In this document: positions 45,947 to 54,474 of the stretch, in pieces
How positions within the stretch are numbered: position 1 is the first letter of the stretch
Layout: each line of letters opens with the position of its first letter
Source of the DNA: a virus
Lineage: Duplodnaviria > Caudoviricetes
Virus record (IMG/VR): IMGVR_UViG_2563366756_000009
Coordinates: 1 to 64,000 of that record
Strand: one strand, 5' to 3'
DNA: 64,000 nt
Notes under the pieces: model-generated
What the model was told of the DNA's origin: nothing
The model's database searches: none
Seen by the model: only the letters and a program-made list of their open reading frames with translations
Position numbers and translations under genes: made by a program

Positions 45947-46556
45947 GGGCTTCCCCCTTCGCCTTGGCGGCAATGGCGTCGACAACTGCGTCCAATTCTG
46001 CGCCGGCATCTGGCGCTACATAGGTAGGCCGGAGATTGATGATGTGAAATGCATCTCCGACGATGCACACTTTGTGGCGGACGATCCTATACCTTTCCGC
46101 ATCCCGCTTGTCCTCCCCGCCATCCGCCGACAGCGCGGCGCAGGCGTAGTCCAGCGCAGCAAGCCAGACATGACGAGCTTTCTGAGATTCCCAATGCCCG
46201 TACTCGTTGAGACTGCCTTTCTCGGCCTTGTCAAAGCGCTGGCAATCCTTGATGAACGTTTGACCGCGTGCGAATCGCTCAAACGCCTCCCGCTCATCCC
46301 CGCCCACCTGCGCGGTGGGCGAGATCGGCGTTAGGAACGTGCCGGTCGACTCAAGGTCGTATGAGCCCGCCGGACATTTGCCTACGGCCTGGCGCACAAC
46401 GTCCCAGTCCACTTCCTTCGCGGGAGACGTGAGGGCGGCACTCCACGGAGACTCAAGCAACCGGCGAATGACTTCTGTTACGATTTCCGGATGGTGAGTC
46501 GGCATGCGCCTCAGTTCTTGCGCGAGGCCGTAATTGGTATAGTCCGTTGGTTTCAT
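45939..46556 (-). CDS. Modular phage early protein
   Basis: GDEREAFER...EDKRDAERYR modules. Confidence 0.6.
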   Translation of the reverse strand: MKPTDYTNYGLAQELRRMPTHHPEIVTEVIRRLLESPWSAALTSPAKEVDWDVVRQAVGKCPAGSYDLESTGTFLTPISPTAQVGGDEREAFERFARGQTFIKDCQRFDKAEKGSLNEYGHWESQKARHVWLAALDYACAALSADGGEDKRDAERYRIVRHKVCIVGDAFHIINLRPTYVAPDAGAELDAVVDAIAAKAKGEARD

Positions 46557-46738
46557 TTGCATTCGCCTTTTACGATTTTCCACGACGCTTCGCCCCATGC
46601 CATGCGGCAGTATTGGCACATCCGACATAGTCCGAACTGCGTTGGCTTCCATTGCGAAACGCCTTTCTTCCCGCATTCCGGACACCGCAGGCGTTTGGGT
46701 TTGGGCACGCCGTAGCCCTGTCCAGCGCGGATTCCCAT
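46553..46738 (-). CDS. Small Zn-finger protein
   Basis: CPECG...CRMCQYC. Confidence 0.6.
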   Translation of the reverse strand: MGIRAGQGYGVPKPKRLRCPECGKKGVSQWKPTQFGLCRMCQYCRMAWGEASWKIVKGECK

Positions 46739-47139
46739 TACTCATCCCCGCCCACCTGCTGCGCATCTGCGGCGCGTTTGTGTTCATCAGCATCCAAAGC
46801 CTGTTCAACGTCGGCAGTGTGTGGCGTCAATAGCTCGCCGCCATTCACGGGCGCGACGTAGACGATGCGAGTGCGGTAGCCTTCGGCCGCCAAGAAGCCG
46901 AAATCGTGTCTAGTGACATCCCGCCATGAGGCACCTAATCCCACTTGATAGATCGCCTCTTGCCCTGCGCTCTGTGCGGCTGGCGTGGGGGCGGCAGGCT
47001 CAAATAGCGGAACGATGATTTCTGCAATACGCGCCCGCAGTTGTTGGGCATCGCGGAACTCGATGGCAGTGTCGCGCAAGAGATTCACGAGCATGGCAAC
47101 TTCGTGCGCATCAAACGTCACGGTCTTGAGGTCAGGCAT
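46738..47139 (-). CDS. Phage early-region hypothetical protein
   Basis: GGAG RBS, coupled ORF. Confidence 0.6.
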   Translation of the reverse strand: MPDLKTVTFDAHEVAMLVNLLRDTAIEFRDAQQLRARIAEIIVPLFEPAAPTPAAQSAGQEAIYQVGLGASWRDVTRHDFGFLAAEGYRTRIVYVAPVNGGELLTPHTADVEQALDADEHKRAADAQQVGGDE

Positions 47140-47800
47140 TTGCGATCTCCGAGGTTTCGGTAGCCGCTTTCTTCGCGGCGTCGTACTCGCGAATCGCCCA
47201 TGCGATTGCGTACAGGTTCCAGACGAAATGGAAGGTGTATTCCTTGCAGTTCCATTCCCAGCAGTCGGTGAAGAGGTCCGGGAAGTCACGAGCGTGGAAA
47301 TCGCGCATACGCCTGAACGCGTCACCCTCGTCCCGGTGGTCGAGCACGGGCGACAGGATATCTTCCTGAATCTCTGCCATCAGTTCAGCGCGGCGCTCAT
47401 CGGAAATTTCGGCGTCTTCCAGATGGCTCTCGATGCGCTCTTTCAAGCGCTTCTCGAACTGTTCGACCGAAAACTCTTCCGCACGCCCACGCCCATATCC
47501 ATCGCTGGCTACCGCCTGAAGCTTCTCGCACCAGTAACCCTTATTGATGTACAGCTTGGCCGGGTCGCCCCGATCGTCAGTGCGGAAGAACTCGAACATG
47601 TCGGTCAGCCGCGAGAAGACGTAAGTGCCCATATCACCACGGATGCACAGTGCGCCGGGCCACGTCAGGATCTCGAACCAGTACGATGAGCCGCCCTCTG
47701 CACGCCGAAGCGCGATATGGCGATTGACACCGTCGTCACGAATCACCGTCATTTGGTGCGTGGCAACGTCTTGCAGGAATCTCTCTTGGGTGCAGGTCAT
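47132..47800 (-). CDS. Conserved phage hypothetical protein
   Basis: TWPGALCIRGDMGTYVFSRLTDMFEFFR. Confidence 0.75.
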   Translation of the reverse strand: MTCTQERFLQDVATHQMTVIRDDGVNRHIALRRAEGGSSYWFEILTWPGALCIRGDMGTYVFSRLTDMFEFFRTDDRGDPAKLYINKGYWCEKLQAVASDGYGRGRAEEFSVEQFEKRLKERIESHLEDAEISDERRAELMAEIQEDILSPVLDHRDEGDAFRRMRDFHARDFPDLFTDCWEWNCKEYTFHFVWNLYAIAWAIREYDAAKKAATETSEIANA

Positions 47801-48123
47801 GCTTCCACCTCTCTTGCGGCTGCTGCGTGGCCCATGCAGCCATGCTCTTTGTGATCGAAGTTGTCGCACTTGCCGAACGGGATGAAGTTGTGGCCGCGCG
47901 ACAGTTCATCAAGCAGTTCGGCCTTCGCCTCGTCGGGCGTCATCGTGCGACCGTCGTCGTGCTTGAACATCCCGCGAAAGTCACGGGGCTTCCAGTTCAT
48001 AAGTGCGCCGCGCACATCGAGGCACAAATGAAAACTCTTGCGCTGATGCGTTAGCGTCTGCACCACAGAAGGCGGCGCAGGATCGGTATTCAGCCCTTCG
48101 GGGCGTGGGTCGTAGGGGCTCAT
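47797..48123 (-). CDS. Phage hypothetical protein
   Basis: 108 aa; start codon lies in motif L. Confidence 0.65.
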   Translation of the reverse strand: MSPYDPRPEGLNTDPAPPSVVQTLTHQRKSFHLCLDVRGALMNWKPRDFRGMFKHDDGRTMTPDEAKAELLDELSRGHNFIPFGKCDNFDHKEHGCMGHAAAAREVEA

Positions 48124-48160
48124 GCTAGGATTGCCCTCCTAAACAAAAAGGAGAAATCGC

Positions 48161-48547
48161 TTGGATAAGTGGTCAAGAAGAATCGGGGGATTGACCGTTG
48201 CACTGACATGCCTTTCGGGACATGCGGCAGATTGGGCAGGCTGGGTTCGTGTGCCGTTTCCGCCATCGAAGGACGGGCCAGAAGCGTCCATCTGGTGTCA
48301 GAGGCCTAAGCCGTATTACCCTGCCGAATGGGCTGATGCGGGAGAGGTAGGGGTGGTAAAAATTCGCGTGGTCGTTGCCCCGTCCGAGCGCGTGGTCTCA
48401 GCATCGGTTGTGCAATCGTCTGGATTCGTGCGTTTGGACGACGCTGCTCTTGCTGCAGCGAAAGCTGTCCGATGCCGGGCCGTTACTGGCGATATTCCGT
48501 CCCCTGGATTTTCCGCCATCATGCCTATTTCGTTCGAGGCACATTAG
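48161..48547 (+). CDS. Cassette cargo: stand-alone TonB C-terminal domain protein with signal-like N-terminus
   Basis: PYYP...GVVKIRVVV...VVQSSGFVRLDDAALAAAK; AAAGGAG RBS before TTG. Confidence 0.8.
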   Translation: MDKWSRRIGGLTVALTCLSGHAADWAGWVRVPFPPSKDGPEASIWCQRPKPYYPAEWADAGEVGVVKIRVVVAPSERVVSASVVQSSGFVRLDDAALAAAKAVRCRAVTGDIPSPGFSAIMPISFEAH

Positions 48548-48670
48548 AGGGCTCAAACGAGCACCCCCCAGCGTCTGCCGTCCACGCCGGCGGTATACGT
48601 CGTTCTTCGCTGCGAAGAGTTCTAGCGCTTTCACCACTGACGCGCTAAGGGTGACGGTAACTTTGCTCAT
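48398..48670 (-). CDS. Probable truncated phage gene (3' part runs antisense into the TonB cargo)
   Basis: Starts at motif L ATG; only about 40 aa lie outside the cargo gene. Confidence 0.35.
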   Translation of the reverse strand: MSKVTVTLSASVVKALELFAAKNDVYRRRGRQTLGGARLSPLMCLERNRHDGGKSRGRNIASNGPASDSFRCSKSSVVQTHESRRLHNRC

Positions 48671-48701
48671 GCTAGGATTCCTGAAAATTTCGGGGATGGC
48701 G

Positions 48702-49304
48702 ATGGACAAGGAACAAAATGGAGATCAGGTGAGCATCAGCCTGAATCGGACCATCAACACATATGCGGAGCTATGGCATGGAGCAAAATCGTTGGCGGCG
48801 AAAGGTCGTGCCGACGTCGATGGCTCGTTTTGGACGCTCATGGGGGCTCAGATTCTCTTTGCGTTCAGCATCGAGGCGTACTGCAACTACGCTCTTCCGT
48901 ATGTGTTTTCTAACCTAACGGAGAACCGCCGGCGGGATGTTGCCCAGCGCCCTCCTGTGTGCAGGATTGCACTGATCTGCGCGTCGCTGGACGTATCGTT
49001 CAATGAAGGTGGCGACGAGTTGAACGCGCTCCAAGAACTATTCAGATTGAGAAACTCATTGGCGCATGGACGACAGCTGGATCTCGCCGAAAGCAAGATG
49101 TACGCGGCGGAGGACGTCAACGATCCAGCGAATTTTTGGCTTTCCGCACCTTGGGAGGCGATGTGTACAGTGGACGCTGTAGACAGGACTCAGGATGTCG
49201 CTTATCGGATCATCACGGGAATTCACGGAAGATTGCCAACACATCTCGGGCGTCCGTTTAAATTCGGCGTCGGTTCTGGATTGGCTCAACTGGTGCGGTC
49301 GTAG
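48702..49304 (+). CDS. Cassette cargo: HEPN-motif protein (putative RNase)
   Basis: N-terminal FSIEAYCN helix and RNSLAH (R-x4-H) motif. Confidence 0.7.
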   Translation: MDKEQNGDQVSISLNRTINTYAELWHGAKSLAAKGRADVDGSFWTLMGAQILFAFSIEAYCNYALPYVFSNLTENRRRDVAQRPPVCRIALICASLDVSFNEGGDELNALQELFRLRNSLAHGRQLDLAESKMYAAEDVNDPANFWLSAPWEAMCTVDAVDRTQDVAYRIITGIHGRLPTHLGRPFKFGVGSGLAQLVRS

Positions 49305-49438
49305 TTACAAATCTGCGGGTCGTTCAAGTACTCCCGCCAATGCACCCATCGCGTTGGCGTGTGAAACCCCCAGTTGCGCTGCCACGGCCCCAGGATGAAA
49401 GGGGGGGCGCGTAGACAGATCGACCAGCACGATGGCGG

Positions 49439-51040
49439 TTACGCCGCTTGTTTTTGCAGTGCCGATTGAATGTGGTCAATCAAAGCCGCACAAATCACCT
49501 CAAAGTCGCCTTCGTGGTACAGCTTCGCGGCCTTGTCGGTCGCGGCGTGAGTGATGCCAAGGCTGGCAAGACCGTCGGCGGTCAGGCTAATCGGCGAGAG
49601 GCGCTCATTGATCTGCCCGAGGCGAAGCGTGGGTGCGCCCTTTGAGGCAGCGCGCACAGTCGTATTCCAAGGCGGCGCATCCGGTTTCTGTTGGGTCGGC
49701 CCGGAAGGGCTGACTGCCGCAGTAGGTATTGCCGGAGCGCCCGGCGTGACCTTCTGCGCTTCCGCTCGCTTGTGCTGCTCGATCCGCGTCGTGACGGCCA
49801 ACTGAAAATCCTCGGCCGGTTTCTGGATTAAGGATTGCAGGTCACGGAACAGGAACACGTGGCTTTCGTGCTGGGCGAACCAAGCCAACTTCTCGCGCAA
49901 ATCCCGCGCGGCGGCGTCAGCGGCGATCTTGCCCGCGGCGACGGCCGTGTCGACGGCGTCGTGGAGGCTCGCGAGCGTGCGCTTGTTCTTTGCCGCTGCC
50001 ACGAGGTCCGGTGCGGGGATCACGATTTGGACCGGCTTCAGTTCGGCGTTCAGCGCGGCCACGTGATCCGTGTAGGCCTTGCGTCCGCCGACAATGATTT
50101 CGCCCTTGATCTCTTCTTTGCGCTTCGTGACGAGTTTGTCGAGGCCCAGCCGCTTTTCGCGGAGTTGGGACTTGATGTAGTCGACCGTGCGCATCAGCTC
50201 GTCGATGCTGGCCGTCTGAGCGAGTGCTGCGTTCTTCGCGACTTCGAGTTCCTTTTCGGCGGTTTCGCAGAACTTGACCGTCGCTTCGGCGTTCGCGAAG
50301 TCTTCGTCGCTCTTCAGGTCGGTCTTGATGCCCTCGATGAAGCGCTCAGCAGCCGCTCGGAACGTCGGCAGGTTGCTCGCAAGCACCTCGCCGCAGATCT
50401 GCACGGCGAGCGCCGGCAACGCCATGATTGCGTCGGCCTGCGGCTTCTCGACAATCTCGACCGGCGCGTAGCTCACTAGGTCGCTCGCGAACTGTTCCCA
50501 GCCGGCCTGCAGTCGCTCGAACCATTGCGCATCAGGTTCGATCTCGATGCGCTCCATGTTGTCGGGCGTGCCGTCCGAGACAACGAAAATCACCTTCTTT
50601 GCACCCGTCACTAGCATGACCTGCTGGCATTGCGGCCAGTACTCTTCGGGCAACTCGCCAGCGCGCACAGCTTCAGCCAGTCCCGCGTTCCATTGCTTGT
50701 GCTCGAACGCGATGTCTTCGGCCATCGTCAGACCATCGCACGAAGCGGACAGGCGCCCCAGTGAACAGGTAACCGGGTACAGATCGTCTCCGATGATGCC
50801 CTCGACGATCGGGCGTGCCAGCGCTTCAACCTCGTGGCCGTAATCCAGAATGTTCTTCTGAACCCAGTCCGAGAACTCGCGCGGCGTGCCGACATACTTC
50901 ATGTGCAGTAACTCGTTGCGCTTTACCTTGGACGAGAGGCCAAGCATTGCGGCGGCTTCGCTTGCGCCGAAGTGCTCCAGGCGGAACTGCGCCCATTCGT
51001 CAGATCCCTGCACCAAGTTGTGAATGATGCGTTCAGTCAT
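49439..51040 (-). CDS. YqaJ-like recombination exonuclease with coiled-coil C-terminus
   Basis: QGSDEW, GASEAAAMLG, SASCDGL, EHKQW, QCQQ. Confidence 0.88.
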   Translation of the reverse strand: MTERIIHNLVQGSDEWAQFRLEHFGASEAAAMLGLSSKVKRNELLHMKYVGTPREFSDWVQKNILDYGHEVEALARPIVEGIIGDDLYPVTCSLGRLSASCDGLTMAEDIAFEHKQWNAGLAEAVRAGELPEEYWPQCQQVMLVTGAKKVIFVVSDGTPDNMERIEIEPDAQWFERLQAGWEQFASDLVSYAPVEIVEKPQADAIMALPALAVQICGEVLASNLPTFRAAAERFIEGIKTDLKSDEDFANAEATVKFCETAEKELEVAKNAALAQTASIDELMRTVDYIKSQLREKRLGLDKLVTKRKEEIKGEIIVGGRKAYTDHVAALNAELKPVQIVIPAPDLVAAAKNKRTLASLHDAVDTAVAAGKIAADAAARDLREKLAWFAQHESHVFLFRDLQSLIQKPAEDFQLAVTTRIEQHKRAEAQKVTPGAPAIPTAAVSPSGPTQQKPDAPPWNTTVRAASKGAPTLRLGQINERLSPISLTADGLASLGITHAATDKAAKLYHEGDFEVICAALIDHIQSALQKQAA

Positions 51041-52091
51041 TTTCGTGGCTCCATGCGTCGATCGTCAGCTTCTGGTCTTCGGTGAGGCGTAGCCGCGTCT
51101 CGATCATCGCGATCAGGTCAGCGGGAGTTTTGGCCTTCTCGATGATTTGCTTCCGCCACCCGTCCTTCTTTTTTGCGAAATCCTCGGCCGTGCAGGTGGG
51201 GATAGTCTTGGTTTCGCTCTGCGTCGCCGCGCCGGCTGCATCGCCGCCTTGCTGCTCGGCGCGGTTTTCCATCACCGACTTCCAAGTGGCTTCGCCATCC
51301 TTGATGGCGCCATAGATGCCGCGCAGATCGACCAGTTCAGTAGGCGAGCAGGTGTCGAGTGAATGGCCGAGGTACTTCGTCAATTCCTCGACTTTCACGC
51401 CGATTTCGTGGAACGCGTCAGCGATCCGCTTACGCTCTGCTGCTGGGTCACGCGCGGCCTCATCCATACGAACAGATTTGATGATTCCCTCGGCTTCGTC
51501 CTGCAAATCGCCGGGGATAATGCGCAGGCCCAGCGTCCGTATCGCTTTCGAGATCAGTGCCGCCCGCTTGTTGAGCAGGTCGTCATCGTTGGCCGTTACC
51601 GTGTACGTCATCTTCCCGTAGCTGTTCTTGCGAACCGAGATATACGTACCGTCGTCCATCGGCTTCGAGCGCTCGACCGTCTTCGAGACCCGCACGTCGA
51701 GCGGATACGTGAGGTTCGATTCGAGGTCGGTCACGCTGACGCGGTGCACTTCTTTGGCGTCGTCCTCGAAGATCATCGTCGTCTCGACAAGGACGTTCGA
51801 CATACAGCGCAGCGCGACTTCGACGAAGCGAATGCCGAGCCCCTCGACACCGTTGCCGATAGGCTTTCGGTAGTAGGCGCTCTTGTTTTTGGCGAACGTG
51901 GGTCGGCGGCACTCGTTGATGAGATCCTGGCGAACTCGATCCCAGTTGCGGGGCCGCTGCATCGCCATGATGTAGCGAGCCTCAACCATCGCTTTGGACT
52001 GGGCGGCGACTGCTGTCGATGCGGTCTCGACGACGGCCATCGTTTGGTGCTGTGCGCCGAATTCGTTGCGTGTGGTCAGTGCGTTGGTCAT
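51033..52091 (-). CDS. Putative single-strand annealing / recombination partner of YqaJ
   Basis: Coupled to YqaJ gene; YRKPIG...EGLGIRFVE; function inferred from context. Confidence 0.55.
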   Translation of the reverse strand: MTNALTTRNEFGAQHQTMAVVETASTAVAAQSKAMVEARYIMAMQRPRNWDRVRQDLINECRRPTFAKNKSAYYRKPIGNGVEGLGIRFVEVALRCMSNVLVETTMIFEDDAKEVHRVSVTDLESNLTYPLDVRVSKTVERSKPMDDGTYISVRKNSYGKMTYTVTANDDDLLNKRAALISKAIRTLGLRIIPGDLQDEAEGIIKSVRMDEAARDPAAERKRIADAFHEIGVKVEELTKYLGHSLDTCSPTELVDLRGIYGAIKDGEATWKSVMENRAEQQGGDAAGAATQSETKTIPTCTAEDFAKKKDGWRKQIIEKAKTPADLIAMIETRLRLTEDQKLTIDAWSHEND

Positions 52092-52093
52092 GG

Positions 52094-52391
52094 TCACTCC
52101 TGCGGGACGGCCGGCGCCGGTTCGATCTTCATGTAGGGATACTTCTCGGCGAACGGCTTGATGGCCTTGTAGAAGTGCGAGCCGATAGACTCGGCGGTAT
52201 CGAACGCGATGAAGTCAGTGGCCGACACGTTCGAGTAGTGATAGAGCGAAGAGGGCGCGCCATCCTTCGTCTTGAAGCGAACTGCCAACGTGTTCGACGC
52301 CGGGTCGTGGCCGATGCTGTGGATCTGCGACGACTGGACTTCCTTCATCTCGATTTGCACGGCGCTTGCGTGCTGGGCTTGGTTCTCGATC
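52094..52391 (-). CDS. KTSC-domain protein
   Basis: VQSSQIHSIGHD...LAVRF...YHYSNV...SIGSHF. Confidence 0.8.
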
Positions 52392-52400
52392 ATGGTGTTC

Positions 52401-52508
52401 TCAGGGGATACGGACGAAAACAAGGTCGGTGCCTGTCCAAACACCGCGAAGAACCCAGCCCTTCGCGCGCATCTCGATCAGGAAGTCGTACATAAGCGGG
52501 TCTGACAT
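52401..52508 (-). CDS. Small hypothetical protein (35 aa)
   Basis: Hand-translated MSDPLMYDFLIEMRAKGW...; GGAG RBS. Confidence 0.45.
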   Translation of the reverse strand: MSDPLMYDFLIEMRAKGWVLRGVWTGTDLVFVRIP

Positions 52509-52792
52509 TTCAGTTCTCCCAGGTGGTCAGGCAGTACGTCGTGTCGTGCGCGACGCGGCAGGCATGCCAACTCGTGACTTCGCGCCACGCCATGAAGGCG
52601 AGGGCGGCAACAATCAGCACGACGGTGAGCGCCAAGCGGGCGGGGGTGTTCATTACGCGGCACGCCCGTAGACGGGTATTTCGCTGGCGTCGGCGTCGAC
52701 GCAGTATTTCGCGCCACCGACGAGTAGAAAGAAGACGATCAGGATGAAGAGGACGCGGCCGCAGAATGCGCCGAAGTCGCGGGCGAGGCGGA

Positions 52793-53053
52793 TCATGTTT
52801 CACCTCGCGCGCGAATCATGGCGTCGGCCATCTTGTAAGCGTCTTCCGCGATCTGTTCGCACGAGGACGTCCAGTCTTTGTTCGGCTCGGGGTTTTGATC
52901 CCCCTTGCGCCACTCGTCCCAACCCTTGATGGCTTCCGGCAAAGCCTTCGCCGCGAAGTAGTCGCGCACGGTCATGCCGAACGCTGTGCCGTGGCCGCCG
53001 TACTCGCTCGCTGCGACCGGAAACGCTGCACCGCCGTTCTTGATATCGCTCAT
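52793..53053 (-). CDS. Conserved phage hypothetical protein
   Basis: GGAAFP...GMTVRDYFAAKAL. Confidence 0.8.
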   Translation of the reverse strand: MSDIKNGGAAFPVAASEYGGHGTAFGMTVRDYFAAKALPEAIKGWDEWRKGDQNPEPNKDWTSSCEQIAEDAYKMADAMIRARGET

Positions 53054-53325
53054 ACACGCACCTCGCCCTCGGCAAAGACGTTGATCTCAACCTCGAACGC
53101 GACCTGCAGGATTTCGCCGGCGCGCTTCGTGTCCTGCTTGATGAGCGCATCCTGCAATGCGCAGTAGCCGTCGTAATCGGTGTCGATCAGGCGCTGCACC
53201 GCGTTCTGGACGTCGGCTGATTCGGCGGCACGCTCGCGGGCCGCACGCTTCAACTCGTCGAGCGTTTGCTGACGAACGTGTGCGCCGGTGTCTCGCGACA
53301 CCGCGCATTCGAGTTGTGTGTACAT
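53050..53325 (-). CDS. Phage hypothetical protein
   Basis: AAGGA RBS; coupled to next gene. Confidence 0.6.
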   Translation of the reverse strand: MYTQLECAVSRDTGAHVRQQTLDELKRAARERAAESADVQNAVQRLIDTDYDGYCALQDALIKQDTKRAGEILQVAFEVEINVFAEGEVRV

Positions 53326-53525
53326 GGGGATTCCTTCTGACGTGCGGGGGGCGCCCCGGCAGAACACCGGGGCGATGCGGCTTTAACCATGTCCGCCATG
53401 GGCCTCTGAGCGTTCAGGCTTGCTTCAAACTAGAAAGGGAGGGAAGTCTGATATGCTGTTTTCGGCTTGGCTGCAGTGCCCGGCTGACCCGAAACGACCC
53501 CCGAATATTCCATCTGAGGAAGCCA

Positions 53526-54209
53526 ATGAAGAAGCTTCTCGTAATTTTCGTCGCCGCGTTGTCGGGCGCAGCAAGCGCCCAGGGAAATAACTGCGATTGC
53601 CAACAAATTGTCGGATCGTGCACCGCTTCCATCAGCGTGGTTCCGACTCAAGTAACCAAGGGCAGCTACGGCGCGGACTTGAAGATCACGTCGACTGCAC
53701 CTCAGTGCTCAAAGGTTGACTACTACGTTGACGGAACGCCGTACTTCACTGTACTAAGCCAGGGTAATCAGGGCGAAGACCGTGTGTTTGGCCAGAAGCC
53801 AATCTCACGGTCAAATATCTCCGGGGTCGCGTGCCACGTCTGCAAAGTTCAATCTTCGGCAAGTGGTTCTACCGCTAACCAGCAGGGCGGCGCGGGCTCA
53901 GGCGCAAGTGGGTCGCCGAAGGACCGTGCACAGGCGTTCCTGCAGGGAACGTGGTGCTCGGATACGGGAAGTGTCCATACCGTCATCAAAGTCGCCGGCA
54001 GTAACGTAACTTTCGCGGCGAGCTACGAAGGCGGGCCCCCAAGCTACAATTCCGGCGCATTGGTTTTGCTCGATAAGGACGAGTTTGAATTCCGCAGAGG
54101 TAACGGTACCGATCTGTTTCGTATCGAAGGTCAGGGGTTCCGATGGACTGGGCGTAATGGGGGAGCATCACCTTATCCCGACAATTTGGCATATCGGTGC
54201 GCTGGATAA
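53526..54209 (+). CDS. Secreted Cys-rich two-domain moron protein
   Basis: Signal peptide MKKLLVIFVAALSGAASA; paired Cys; Gly/Ser linker. Confidence 0.8.
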   Translation: MKKLLVIFVAALSGAASAQGNNCDCQQIVGSCTASISVVPTQVTKGSYGADLKITSTAPQCSKVDYYVDGTPYFTVLSQGNQGEDRVFGQKPISRSNISGVACHVCKVQSSASGSTANQQGGAGSGASGSPKDRAQAFLQGTWCSDTGSVHTVIKVAGSNVTFAASYEGGPPSYNSGALVLLDKDEFEFRRGNGTDLFRIEGQGFRWTGRNGGASPYPDNLAYRCAG

Positions 54210-54474
54210 TCAGCGCTCACCCTCAAGAGAGCAGACCCGAGATCCTGATCAGATCGGGGAAGGGGGATACGGGCTATTTAACGTCGCCGCGCCGACGCGG
54301 GTCTGCATCACTTGAGGATGCTCAGGAGTTTTTCATCATCAATATGGATGATTCAGTGCGAATTTCGCTGGAATAGCATTGTGGTGCGGCGCATCACTTA
54401 GGGTTTGCCTCGCTCTATGCCCAAAGGTCTCGTCCGCGTGAAGAAGATGAGAAATGTGCTTTTCAGGGGACTTC

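Noticed and set aside
42587-49304. IS5-type insertions (CTAG target duplication)
   Set aside because: The cargo segments have no terminal inverted repeats or transposase remnants, and only some right ends have a full CTAG.
52094-52391. Link between the KTSC-domain gene and integration in tRNA-Lys
   Set aside because: Name coincidence; KTSC proteins are common in phage early regions and nothing in the sequence ties it to the att site.
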